DNA from: an uncultured Planctomycetia bacterium
GTDB lineage: Bacteria; Omnitrophota; Gorgyraeia; B26-G9
NCBI GenBank assembly: GCA_964437495.1
Contig: CAYTGV010000006.1
Span: 18,529 to 82,528 of the forward strand
Direction: 5' to 3'
Length of the DNA stretch: 64,000 nt
Below the pieces are notes generated by a model, which was not told the origin of the DNA, ran no database searches, and saw nothing but the letters and a program-made list of their open reading frames with translations. The position numbers were made by a program, and so were the translations under genes. This document shows positions 51,075 through 60,988 of this stretch, one piece after another; positions within the stretch are counted from its first letter, which is position 1; the number at the start of each line of letters is the position of its first letter.

Positions 51075-51096
51075 TTCAGTTTAAAACGATCTTGAT

Positions 51097-52626
51097 CTAT
51101 TTTTTCCCCAGTTCCAGCATTCTTTGCTTTGGATCCACCTTCCATGAGCTTGAGGCGGCAAAAAGAGCCATAAAAACAGTTATAAATATCCAGTCCCTGC
51201 CGATAATAATCACTGCCAGGCGCGAGTAATTACCATAAGGCGAGGTGATTTCCTCAAATATCGTAGTCATAAGCAAGGCCAACAGTATAAGCGGCGCGAT
51301 CACCTTAACCGAAGTATCCCACCACCATTTCTTAAGCTCTAAAACACTATAATGATTAACATGTTCTCTGAGTTTTTTTGCCTTAAAAACCCAACCGACA
51401 AGTAAACACTCTAGTATCGCCGCAATGACAATCCCGTAATGTGTAACAAAATGATCTACAATATCAAGCCATAACAATCCGGCTCTGGTAGTAAATATCA
51501 TTCCCCCCAGAAATCCGAGTACAGACAGCACTGAAACCACGACTTTACGTGTATAATGAAATTTATCGATAATCGCAGATGTTATCCCCTCTAAAATAGA
51601 TATTCCTGAGGAAAGACCGGCAATAACCAAAATCGCAAAAAATATCAATCCAAATTCACGCGAAAATGCAGGCAGCATACTTATTGCCTTTGGATATACA
51701 ACAAAAGCAAGTCCTATAGATTCAGTCACAACTTCACTAATAGGCTGGTTTGTCGATTGGGCCATATAACCAAGCACAGAAAAAACTCCCAATCCGGCAA
51801 AAACCGAGAACAGGCAGTTGAACATGCAGATAATAAAAGAGTCTTTGACGATCTGGCTTTTTTTAGGCAGATAAGATGCATATGCAAGAATCACGCCAAA
51901 GCCAAGGCTTAGCGAAAAAAATATCTGGCTAAACGCATCCATCCAGACTCTGATATCCCTAAGCTTTGAGAACTGTGGCCTAAGATATAAAGAAATTCCG
52001 GCTCCGGCACCAGGCAGTCGCATACTCCATATAACAATAGTCGCGCTCAGCACAATCAAAAGCGGCATAAATATCTTATTAGCCCGCTCAAGGCCCTTCT
52101 GAACTCCAAAAAAAACAATAAGCCACTGAAAGAACCAAACCAGCATCAGGCTGAAAAGTATCGGAGTTCTAAGATCGCCAATATCAAAAGGGCTGGCACT
52201 GGTCATAAGAAATTTTTGAAAGAAGAATGTGTTTGGATCACTAGTCCAGGCGCCGGAAAAAGCAAAGAAGAAATAATTCACACACCAGGAAATAATCACC
52301 GCATAATAAAGCAGGATACCCACCATTCCCAATATTACCTGCCACCAGCCGACCCATTCCCATTTTTTGTCAATACTGGCAACTGATGCCGGAGCAGAAC
52401 CGCGCATTTTATGCCCCAAGGCTATCTCCAGGATCATCAAAGGAATACCAACAATAAATAAGGCAATAAAGTAAGGTAAAAGAAATGCGCCGCCGCCGTT
52501 TTTATAACATAAATAGGGGAAACGCCATATATTTCCCAGTCCAACAGCCGAACCTATAGCTGCCAGTAAAAAACCTAAATGGGTTTTCCACTGAGGCCGA
52601 TGGTGGGTAAAAACATCTTTACTCAT
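51097..52626 (-). CDS. Sodium-dependent transporter, neurotransmitter:sodium symporter (SNF/NSS) family
   Basis: N-terminal WKTHLGFLLAAIGSAVGLGNIWRFPY signature; 11-12 TM helices. Confidence 0.82.
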   Translation of the reverse strand: MSKDVFTHHRPQWKTHLGFLLAAIGSAVGLGNIWRFPYLCYKNGGGAFLLPYFIALFIVGIPLMILEIALGHKMRGSAPASVASIDKKWEWVGWWQVILGMVGILLYYAVIISWCVNYFFFAFSGAWTSDPNTFFFQKFLMTSASPFDIGDLRTPILFSLMLVWFFQWLIVFFGVQKGLERANKIFMPLLIVLSATIVIWSMRLPGAGAGISLYLRPQFSKLRDIRVWMDAFSQIFFSLSLGFGVILAYASYLPKKSQIVKDSFIICMFNCLFSVFAGLGVFSVLGYMAQSTNQPISEVVTESIGLAFVVYPKAISMLPAFSREFGLIFFAILVIAGLSSGISILEGITSAIIDKFHYTRKVVVSVLSVLGFLGGMIFTTRAGLLWLDIVDHFVTHYGIVIAAILECLLVGWVFKAKKLREHVNHYSVLELKKWWWDTSVKVIAPLILLALLMTTIFEEITSPYGNYSRLAVIIIGRDWIFITVFMALFAASSSWKVDPKQRMLELGKK

Positions 52627-53072
52627 GTAAATTCATCTCCGTAAGTTTATATTTGTAGAGATTTTAACCATAGGGATATAGAGTTAAATATAGCAAAAAA
52701 ACGCAAAAAGGTCAATCCCAGATTTAAAATCAAAAAAACAGCCCAAAAGTGGGAGTGATGAAAAATGGATCATTCTTAATTAAGTTGAATAAATTTCTAT
52801 AACTCAATAATTTACAAGTTATTAAAACAAATTAAGAATGCCCCATGATTACACAGATTATTAAAAGATTACGGAGATTAATTTATATTAGTATATCTCT
52901 GTAATCGGTTTTTTTTATCTCTGAAATCAGGTTCTTTCAATCAACTTAAATAAGAAAGAACCGAAAAAGGTACAAATATAAGACATTTGGGAACGAGCGC
53001 AAAGATGTACAAATGTACGTCGCACAAGCGAGTGAGCAAATAACGTAGTAGATGTGCGTTTTGCAACAGCCC

Positions 53073-55154
53073 CTAGCGGGCAGAAAGAAGTTCCTGGTTC
53101 TGGGGAAACCTGTTAAACATTTCGCGGATTATTAGATTATCATTTTGATCTTTTATCTGGGGATTTTGCTCAACCAGGGCAAATGCAGCTTTGCGGGCCT
53201 CAAGCAACAACTCCCGATCATTCAGGATATCCGCTATCTTCAACTCAGGCAGACCATGTTGTTTTGTGCCAAAAAATTCACCCGGGCCTCGGATCAAAAG
53301 GTCCATCTCAGCGATTTTAAAACCATCTGTAGTACTAGTCATTGCCGAAAGCCGTTTTTTTGCATCTTCTGTTTTCGCCTCTGATAGCAACACGCAATAA
53401 GATTGTTTTTTTCCTCTGCCTACCCTGCCTCTTAGCTGATGCAGCTGGCTAAGACCAAATCGTTCTGCATGTTCTATAAGTATAATTGAGGCATTAGGTA
53501 CATCAATTCCAACTTCAATAACTGTTGTTGCCACAAGAATATCTATTTTTCCTGTTTTGAATAATTGCATTACCTCTTTTTTTTCCGCATCTTTCATTTT
53601 GCCGTGTATCAGTCCTACCTTGGCCTCAGGAAAGATATCCCTTTTAAAATGCACATACATCTTTGTCGCTGCCTTTAGATCAAGCATTTTTGATTGCTCT
53701 ACTACTGGGTAGACAACATAAACCTGATTATTTTCTTTAATCTTTTTCTTCAGGAATACATAGAAATCCCTTCTTTTTTTCTCACTTATCCAGTAAGTCT
53801 CCACAGGTATTCTTCCCGGAGGAAGCTCTCGTATTGTCGAGATGTCCATATCTCCATATACTGTAATTGCTAGGGTTCTAGGTATGGGAGTTGCGCTAAT
53901 AACCAGAACCTCAGGAGCATTGCCTTTTTTCTGTAGTTTAACTCTTTGCATCACACCGAATTTATGCTGTTCATCCACAATTATCAGGCCTAATTTTCTC
54001 CAAATAACCGCATCTTGTATAAGAGCATGCGTGCCGATAATAATATCCACTTTTTGTTCGGCAATCTGCCGGATCATTTCTTCTTTTTCCTTTTTCTTCA
54101 TTCCGCTGACAAGCAGCACCACTTGTATACCCAGGGGATCAAGCATTGTCTTAATACTCTGATAATGCTGTCTGGCAAGTATTTCCGTTGGCGCCATTAA
54201 TGCTGCCTGATATTTATCCCCCACGCAACCAACCATCGCCCAAACGCTGACAATCGTCTTTCCGCTGCCAACATCCCCCTGTAAAAGCCGGTTCATGGGC
54301 TTGCGATTATGCATATCTGCTTTAATATCTTTTATTACATCCCTTTGATCCCGGGTCAACTCAAAAGGCAGATTCTTGGCAAATTTATCAAGCAGTTTTC
54401 CGCTCATCTCAAATTTTATACCCTTAATATTTTCTTTCATATCCTGCTTTTTTAAGGCAATTGCCAGCTGTAAAAGAAATAACTCATCATAGATCAATCT
54501 TTTCCTGGCATTTCCCAGCTGATTAAAATCATTTGGAAAATGTATATTCAGCAAGGCCTGTTTAATACCGCATAACTCGTTTTTTTTTAAAATACTCTCA
54601 GGCAAAAATTCAATAACCTCATCAATATAAGTATCCAGAGTACGTTTTATCAGAGACCTAATATAGCGCTGATACACATCAGTACTAAGGGAATAAATCG
54701 GGACTATTCGTCCCGTATGAGTTGTATCCTCATCATCGCTTTTTAATATTTCATATTCAGGTGAGTTTATCTGCAGTTTTGAATATCGGTCGACTTTGCC
54801 ATGTAATATCACATCGTCGTTCATTTTGAAGACATTTTTCATATACGGCTGATTAAACCATGTTCCATAAACCACACCGCTATCATCGCCTAAGGCTATC
54901 TGAAAGATAGTTTTCCTTCCCCGCAAGTGCCTAAGGCCCATAGTCAGTACGCGTCCGCGAACAGTTTCCACACTGTCAACACTAAGCTTATTGATTTTTT
55001 TTAGATTACTTCTATCTTCATACCTGCGCGGAAAATAGAAAAGCAGATCACGTATATTGAAAATATTGAGTTTATTTAAGTGTTGTATTTTTTTAGGACC
55101 TACACCTTTTATAAATTGTGCAGATTGAATAAGGATTTGATTGTTTTTAGCCAT
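53073..55154 (-). CDS. recG: ATP-dependent DNA helicase RecG
   Basis: 693 aa with a wedge domain, DEAD/DEAH helicase motifs (GDVGSGKT, DEQH) and a C-terminal TRG motif region. Confidence 0.9.
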   Translation of the reverse strand: MAKNNQILIQSAQFIKGVGPKKIQHLNKLNIFNIRDLLFYFPRRYEDRSNLKKINKLSVDSVETVRGRVLTMGLRHLRGRKTIFQIALGDDSGVVYGTWFNQPYMKNVFKMNDDVILHGKVDRYSKLQINSPEYEILKSDDEDTTHTGRIVPIYSLSTDVYQRYIRSLIKRTLDTYIDEVIEFLPESILKKNELCGIKQALLNIHFPNDFNQLGNARKRLIYDELFLLQLAIALKKQDMKENIKGIKFEMSGKLLDKFAKNLPFELTRDQRDVIKDIKADMHNRKPMNRLLQGDVGSGKTIVSVWAMVGCVGDKYQAALMAPTEILARQHYQSIKTMLDPLGIQVVLLVSGMKKKEKEEMIRQIAEQKVDIIIGTHALIQDAVIWRKLGLIIVDEQHKFGVMQRVKLQKKGNAPEVLVISATPIPRTLAITVYGDMDISTIRELPPGRIPVETYWISEKKRRDFYVFLKKKIKENNQVYVVYPVVEQSKMLDLKAATKMYVHFKRDIFPEAKVGLIHGKMKDAEKKEVMQLFKTGKIDILVATTVIEVGIDVPNASIILIEHAERFGLSQLHQLRGRVGRGKKQSYCVLLSEAKTEDAKKRLSAMTSTTDGFKIAEMDLLIRGPGEFFGTKQHGLPELKIADILNDRELLLEARKAAFALVEQNPQIKDQNDNLIIREMFNRFPQNQELLSAR

Positions 55155-56388
55155 TAGCTACTATTCGGAGAAATTTCTTTTTCCCAACCTTAAAAAGATA
55201 TTCCTTCTCCGGTACAGGAAGTTCAAGGTTAGCATCAGTTAAAGCCCTGCCGTCAAGTACAACTGCTTTTTGCTGGATAAGGCGTCTGGCATCAGAATTA
55301 CTTTTACAGGCACCTGCTAAGGTAAGCATTTTACATACCCAGAGTTTATTGCCTGTCCATTGAGACCTGTCCAAATTTACCTCTTCAAAATTATCAGTAT
55401 CGTCCCAGTTAGTACCACCGCTAAAGCGGCTGTTGAATGTCTGAGCGGCTTTTTCAGATTCTTCATCGCTATAATAACATTTGGTTATAAGCAGGGCGAG
55501 ATTTTCCTTGCATTTTTTTGGGTGAAGAGTCCCTGCTGCAATATCACTCTTAAATTTCTTTATCTCTGCCATAGGCATATCTGTAAGCAGTTCATAATAG
55601 CGGTACATAAGCTCATCAGAGATAGACATTAATTTCGCGTACATCACATCAGCCGGCTCATCAATGCCCACATAATTATTAAGGCTTTTGCTCATCTTCT
55701 GCACGCCGTCAAGGCCTTCCAAAAGAGGCATCATCAGCACACACTGTTGCGCAACATTACAGTCTTTCTGCATCTGTCTTCCCACAAGCAGATTAAACTT
55801 CTGGTCTGTTCCGCCAAGCTCTATATCTGCCTTTAATTCCACGGAATCATAACCCTGCAGTAAAGGATACATAAATTCCAGAATACTGATATCCTGTCCC
55901 TTTGAATAACGCTTTTTAAAATCTTCTCTGGCAAGCATCTGGGCAACAGTCAGATGCGCACTCAGGCGCAGGAATTCATAAGGCGTAAATTTTTCAAACC
56001 AATGGCTGTTAAATACTGGCTGGATATCTTTTTTCAGGACTTTGCTCACCTGTATTTGATAGGTCTTTGCATTTTCCGCAACCTCTTCGCGGCTAAGCTG
56101 TTTCCTGAGCTCAGATTTACCGGTGGGATCTCCGATCATGCCGGTAAAGTCACCAATAAGAAACTTTATCTCATGTCCCAGATCATGGAACTGTTTGAGT
56201 TTGCGCAGTAATACAGTATGACCGATATGGATATCCGGAGCACTTGGGTCAAATCCAGCTTTTATAATAAGCGGCTTGCCGCTATCAAATGATTTTTGCA
56301 GTTTTGCAGTAAGCTCTTTTTCAGATATTAGCTCAATTGCCCCGCGCTTAATGATCTCTAACTGTTCAATAACAGGCCTAAACTTCAT
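55147..56388 (-). CDS. tyrS: Tyrosine--tRNA ligase
   Basis: HIGH motif (HIGH at PDIHIGH), KMSKS and a C-terminal S4 domain. Confidence 0.9.
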   Translation of the reverse strand: MKFRPVIEQLEIIKRGAIELISEKELTAKLQKSFDSGKPLIIKAGFDPSAPDIHIGHTVLLRKLKQFHDLGHEIKFLIGDFTGMIGDPTGKSELRKQLSREEVAENAKTYQIQVSKVLKKDIQPVFNSHWFEKFTPYEFLRLSAHLTVAQMLAREDFKKRYSKGQDISILEFMYPLLQGYDSVELKADIELGGTDQKFNLLVGRQMQKDCNVAQQCVLMMPLLEGLDGVQKMSKSLNNYVGIDEPADVMYAKLMSISDELMYRYYELLTDMPMAEIKKFKSDIAAGTLHPKKCKENLALLITKCYYSDEESEKAAQTFNSRFSGGTNWDDTDNFEEVNLDRSQWTGNKLWVCKMLTLAGACKSNSDARRLIQQKAVVLDGRALTDANLELPVPEKEYLFKVGKKKFLRIVANG

Positions 56389-56408
56389 TTCACCTTACCT
56401 TTTTGATT

Positions 56409-56437
56409 ATAATAACATACACTTGTTTTGTTGTCAA
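56409..56437 (-). promoter_or_regulatory. Putative sigma-70 promoter of tyrS (TTGACA-17 nt-TATTAT)
   Basis: The minus strand reads TTGACA acaaaacaagtgtatgt TATTAT, which would start transcription ~15 nt upstream of the RBS AAGGTAAGGTG. Confidence 0.5.
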
Positions 56438-56561
56438 TCGTCACTGAAACAAGGCCTCAGATATAAGAGATAAGACTCAAGACGCAGATTACCCGATAAG
56501 GTAATAGCGGGTATTGGCGAATTTATATGTTTTCTAAAAATATTCTATCATTTCTCTACCT

Positions 56562-56932
56562 CCCCTTTGAAACCAGGCATTATGTTTTTCTTTAAGTTAG
56601 GCGAATGGGCGCAGACAAGATGTCGTAGCGCCGTAAGGCCCGCCAAAAAAAGGCGAGGTCTCGCCGTCTTCCAGGCGGACAGAAGTGCCTTTTCGCCGGT
56701 AAATTTCCGTACTTTGAACCGGAAATTTATCCAGTAATCTAAACCATTAGAAATATGCAATAATTTCACAAGGATGTATTTAAAATGAGACCGTAACTTA
56801 CGGATTTTTTGTGGTAAGTTACATGATCGAATTTATCCCGCATGCTTTTAGTCGGGATCTTTGCTGACTTTATTTTAGACACCAAAAGAAAGTCAGGCTG
56901 GGGTCTAAGGAGCAGGCACAGCCCCTTTTAAT
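56562..56932. repeat. Structured non-coding element, copy B
   Basis: Homologue of 31974-32292, with the same conserved core and terminal CCCCTTT motifs. It carries lineage-specific stem-loop insertions and pairing-preserving substitutions (for example CTTCGTTTCC/GGAAACGAAG in A versus CTGACTTT/AAAGTCAG in B). Confidence 0.6.
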
Positions 56933-56940
56933 ATGACAAT

Positions 56941-56977
56941 AAAAAAAGCGGGAGGATTTTTATCCTCCCGCTTTTTG
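56941..56977 (-). terminator. Rho-independent terminator downstream of rpsA
   Basis: GCGGGAGGA-tttttat-CCTCCCGC hairpin flanked by A7 and T5, 19 bp after the rpsA stop. Confidence 0.65.
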
Positions 56978-56995
56978 ATTCTATACTAATACTGC

Positions 56996-58603
56996 TTACT
57001 TCATGCTAAGACCGATCTTTCTTTGTTCATTATCTACCTTAATAACCTTAGCATTGACCTTATCTCCTACTTTGAAGGAATCCTCGATATTCATTGACGG
57101 CTCCATATTTATTTCTGTAATATGAACCAGGCCTTCCAACTCTTTTTCGATCTCAACAAAGATACCGAAAGTAGTGATCTTTGTTATATGCCCTTCGACT
57201 TGCGTATCAACCGCATAACGCTCGGCAAATTCAGGCCAAGGATTTTCCGTAAGCTGTTTTAATCCAAGCGATATCTTATGATTCACTTCATCAACTGTCA
57301 GGATAACAACCTCTAGCTTCTGGCCTTTTTTAAGAAAATCAGATGGATTGTTGATTTTCTTTGTCCATGACATATCAGAGATATGGATCAATCCGTCAAT
57401 ACCCTCTTCCAACTCAATAAAGGCACCATAGTCAGTCAGGTTTCTAACCCGCCCTTTTACTTTTGAGCCTGAGATATATTTGGCACTAATTCCCTGCCAT
57501 GGATCGTTTTCAGTTTGCTTGATACCCAAGGCTATCTTCTGGTTATTAATATCTAAGTTAAGCACCACAGCCTCAACAATATCACCAATAGCCAGTATCT
57601 CCGATGGATGAGAAATACGTCTTGTCCATGAGAACTCAGAAATATGGATCAATCCTTCAACACCCTTTTCAAGCTCAATAAAAGCTCCATAAGGAACAAT
57701 ATTGACAACCTTACCTTTTATCTTTTCTCCCACAGGATATTTAGAATCAATACCAGTCCAGGGACTTGCCGTTTTTTGTTTTAAACCAAGAGAAATCTTG
57801 GTGCTTTCTGTATCTATATCCAGGATCTTAACCTCTATTGTATCCCCAATAGCCACCATTTCAGACGGATGTGATATACGTCCCCAGCTCATATCAGTAA
57901 TATGCAGCAATCCGTCAACTCCGCCAAGATCTATAAACACACCAAAATCAGCAATATTCTTAACCAGCCCGCTTCTGATCTGCCCTTTAGCAATCTCCTT
58001 AAGCAGACGTTCTTTATTTTCTTCTCTTTCCTTCATGAGAAGTTCTCTTCTAGATAATACAATATTCTTCCTAGGCTTATTCACCTTGACGATCATGAAT
58101 TCATAGGTCTTGCCAAGATGCTGATCGATATTATGAACTCCGCGCAGAGAAAGCTGTGAAGCAGGCAAAAAGGCATCAAGTCCAATATCGACCATCAGGC
58201 CTCCCTTTACTTTGCGATGTACCTTACCCTCAATAGTATCGCCCTCTTTATAGTTATTAATAATTCTTTCCCAGCCAAGAGTCCTGTCTGCTTTTCTTTT
58301 GGAGACAATAACCATACCATTCTCATCTTCTTTTGTCTCAAGCAAAACATTGATTTGGGCATCGATTATAACATCGGAGGGATCATCGAATTCATCGATA
58401 GTAAGAATACCTTCAGACTTGTAGCCAATATCCACAAGCACCTCTTTACCTGTAATACCGACTATTTTACCGCTTATTATTTCACCTTCTTTTAGTGTAA
58501 CTGTTGCCGTCTCATAAAACTTTTCAAGCTCCTTGGCAAAAACACTGTCCTTATTTTGTTCTAGATCATCCAGGTTGGGAAATTTTCTTTTTTTTCGTGA
58601 CAT
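56996..58603 (-). CDS. rpsA: 30S ribosomal protein S1 (six S1 domains)
   Basis: 535 aa with repeated S1 OB domains (…GKVVNIVPYGAFIEL…). Confidence 0.9.
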   Translation of the reverse strand: MSRKKRKFPNLDDLEQNKDSVFAKELEKFYETATVTLKEGEIISGKIVGITGKEVLVDIGYKSEGILTIDEFDDPSDVIIDAQINVLLETKEDENGMVIVSKRKADRTLGWERIINNYKEGDTIEGKVHRKVKGGLMVDIGLDAFLPASQLSLRGVHNIDQHLGKTYEFMIVKVNKPRKNIVLSRRELLMKEREENKERLLKEIAKGQIRSGLVKNIADFGVFIDLGGVDGLLHITDMSWGRISHPSEMVAIGDTIEVKILDIDTESTKISLGLKQKTASPWTGIDSKYPVGEKIKGKVVNIVPYGAFIELEKGVEGLIHISEFSWTRRISHPSEILAIGDIVEAVVLNLDINNQKIALGIKQTENDPWQGISAKYISGSKVKGRVRNLTDYGAFIELEEGIDGLIHISDMSWTKKINNPSDFLKKGQKLEVVILTVDEVNHKISLGLKQLTENPWPEFAERYAVDTQVEGHITKITTFGIFVEIEKELEGLVHITEINMEPSMNIEDSFKVGDKVNAKVIKVDNEQRKIGLSMK

Positions 58604-58793
58604 TGCATTTACTACCTCCTTTTCATTATGTATACAGCTTATATTTATTTAATTTATAAGCCATACTGGGGAATTTTTCAGTTTCCCTTTTTCCAAGCTC
58701 AAATGTAGATTTTTGATCCTGGGTTTCTTTCCCCCAAGCTATAGCTCAAATTCAAATTTTATTTACAAAGTATAACAAATTATTATTTTTATA

Positions 58794-59429
58794 TCAAGCA
58801 CTATTTATACTTTTTAAATTTTGTATTTGAACAATAATAGCATTTGAAAAATTTTGATACTCTTCTTTTATTTTATCCTTGGGCAATTCCGAGTTAAAAT
58901 ACATAGGCTTACTAAAATGAACACTCAAAGGGACAAAAAATTTAATCTTTTTAGAACCGGCACTTAAGGCTATATCTGTTCCTTTAATAAAAGTGGGCAC
59001 AACCGGCATTTTTGACTTTGCCGCCAGCATACTCACCCCTGCCTGCCCCTCACTTATTTCTCCGCTTGTACTGCGGGTTCCTTCCGGAAAGATTATCAAG
59101 GTGCCTTCACTTTTAAGTTTATTTATAGCAAAACGTATTGATTTAAGATCAGCGCTACCTCTTTCTAAGGGAAAGGCATTTAAGGCTCTTATTAATCCTC
59201 CAAAGATCGGATTTGTGAACAATTCCTGCTTAGACATAAAGCTTAATACTCTAGGACTGGCAATACTCAGAACAACCGGATCAAGATAACTCAAATGATT
59301 AGATGCTATGATACAGCCGCCTGTTTTGGGAAGATTCTTAGCTCCGCTGTATTTAAAGAAAAAAAATATTTTAAATGTTATAAAAAGAAGAAAGCGGCAA
59401 AATTTGTAAAAAATATATCTATTCTTCAT
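58794..59429 (-). CDS. plsC: 1-acyl-sn-glycerol-3-phosphate acyltransferase
   Basis: HxxxxD motif (NHLSYLD) and FPEGTRS block. Confidence 0.8.
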   Translation of the reverse strand: MKNRYIFYKFCRFLLFITFKIFFFFKYSGAKNLPKTGGCIIASNHLSYLDPVVLSIASPRVLSFMSKQELFTNPIFGGLIRALNAFPLERGSADLKSIRFAINKLKSEGTLIIFPEGTRSTSGEISEGQAGVSMLAAKSKMPVVPTFIKGTDIALSAGSKKIKFFVPLSVHFSKPMYFNSELPKDKIKEEYQNFSNAIIVQIQNLKSINSA

Positions 59430-60108
59430 CTTTTATATGACTCAAGAGGCAGTTTACAACCTCGGTTATATTCATTGAAGATGTATCAATATAAATTGCA
59501 TCTTCTGCTTGCTTAAGCGGTCCACACTCTCTGGTGAAATCTCGTTTGTCCCTTTCTTTAATCTGCCGAACTATTTCATCAAGTCCCAAATCAATCCCTT
59601 TTTGCTCAAGATCAAGCTTGCGTCTTTTTGCCCGAACCTTGACCTTTGCGTCAAGATAAAACTTTTTTTTTGCATAGGGAAATACCACAGTCCCGATATC
59701 TCTGCCTTCCATTACAATACTGTTATTTTGGGCATAATCCCTTTGAAACCTAACCATCAAATTACGGATTTCAGCAATAGCCGCAATATGAAAAACAGCA
59801 TTTGTCACCGCCGGCTTTCTTATAGCAGCACTCACATCCTCTCCATCAAGCAAAACAATTGTCCTATTATCCTCGCCTTTTTTTAATTTTATATCTGTTT
59901 GTTTTGCAATCTCAACAAGCTTTGGGATATCCTCAAAATCAGCCTTAAGCCAAAGTACTTTTAAAGTCTGTGCCCGGTACATCGCGCCTGTATCCACATA
60001 AAGATATTCCAATCTCTCAGCCAACAGTTTAGCTATTGTGCTTTTACCTGCACCGGCCGGTCCATCTATAGCGATAATCATATTTTCCTGTTTACCCTGA
60101 GCGAGCAA
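59419..60108 (-). CDS. cmk: Cytidylate kinase
   Basis: P-loop AIDGPAGAGKST; 229 aa. Confidence 0.9.
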   Translation of the reverse strand: MLAQGKQENMIIAIDGPAGAGKSTIAKLLAERLEYLYVDTGAMYRAQTLKVLWLKADFEDIPKLVEIAKQTDIKLKKGEDNRTIVLLDGEDVSAAIRKPAVTNAVFHIAAIAEIRNLMVRFQRDYAQNNSIVMEGRDIGTVVFPYAKKKFYLDAKVKVRAKRRKLDLEQKGIDLGLDEIVRQIKERDKRDFTRECGPLKQAEDAIYIDTSSMNITEVVNCLLSHIKDEE

Positions 60109-60140
60109 AAAATTCTCTAACAGAGTTTATTTAAGTTTTC

Positions 60141-60986
60141 CTATTTTATACTCAGTCTTTTTTTTCTTGCCCTCTGCAGCTGCAAGGTGATTTGTTTGCC
60201 CTGCGATGATATAATTGCCTGTTTCATTTTTTTTAAAACCATTTCAAAATTTTCTATTCTACTCAATATTGCTTTTTTATTGCTAAATATTATATCATGC
60301 CATACCTCAACGCTGCTGGCAGCTATACGAGTTGTATCTTTAAATCCAGAAGCGGCAAACTTAAAATATTTATCCGGCACACTGTTAACAAGAGCCACGC
60401 TAATTAAATGCGGCAAATGGCTGAGAGAAGCCACGATATTATCATGAACACGCGGATCTATCCCTACACATTTTGCTCCCATTTTCTTCCAAAGATCACT
60501 CACAATTGCATAGGCTGATTTTTTTGTATTTTGAGTCTTGGCAATAAAACATATTGACTCTTTAAAAAGATCTATGTGAGCAAAGTCTACTCCGGTATTC
60601 TCAGAACCAGCCATAGGGTGAGTACCAATAAAATAAACATCCTTAGGCAGCAGTTTTTGCGACTGGACGACAATCTCATTTTTAGTACTTCCGACATCAA
60701 AAATAATACAGCCTGGTTTTAAAACAGGTATGATTTGCCTGATTATGTTTTCAAAAGCCTTTACCGGAGTACATATCATAATAAGATCTGCATCAAGGGC
60801 AGCTTTTTTTAAGTCTGTTTGCGCTTTGTTGATTGCCTTTTTTTTTAAGGCTTTTCTCAGGGTCTCTTTATCCCGGGCTACTCCGATAACTGTTGAGGCC
60901 ATTTTACTTTTACACAAAAATATCCCTATTGAGCCGCCGATAAGCCCCGGACCGATAATAACTGCTTTTTTAAATTTCAAATTCAT
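60141..60986 (-). CDS. tyrA: Prephenate dehydrogenase
   Basis: Rossmann motif IIGPGLIGGSIG and a TyrA C-terminal domain. Confidence 0.8.
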   Translation of the reverse strand: MNLKFKKAVIIGPGLIGGSIGIFLCKSKMASTVIGVARDKETLRKALKKKAINKAQTDLKKAALDADLIMICTPVKAFENIIRQIIPVLKPGCIIFDVGSTKNEIVVQSQKLLPKDVYFIGTHPMAGSENTGVDFAHIDLFKESICFIAKTQNTKKSAYAIVSDLWKKMGAKCVGIDPRVHDNIVASLSHLPHLISVALVNSVPDKYFKFAASGFKDTTRIAASSVEVWHDIIFSNKKAILSRIENFEMVLKKMKQAIISSQGKQITLQLQRARKKRLSIK

Positions 60987-60988
60987 AT

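Noticed and set aside
52925-52965. Hairpin GGTTCTTTC-N15-GAAAGAACC as a terminator between the SNF transporter gene and recG
   Set aside because: It is not followed by a U-run on either strand.
56548-56769. 73-aa minus-strand ORF (MKLLHISNGLDYWINF...) inside structured element copy B
   Set aside because: Copy A has no equivalent ORF at the homologous position, the ORF is Arg/Lys-rich and low complexity, and its sequence is dictated by conserved RNA-like stems, so it is most likely spurious.
56389-56940. T-box riboswitch leader for tyrS
   Set aside because: tyrS has its own sigma-70-like promoter ~45 bp upstream of the ATG, giving a ~15-nt leader. There is no T-box consensus or terminator/antiterminator pair, and the homologous copy A is not upstream of an aaRS gene.
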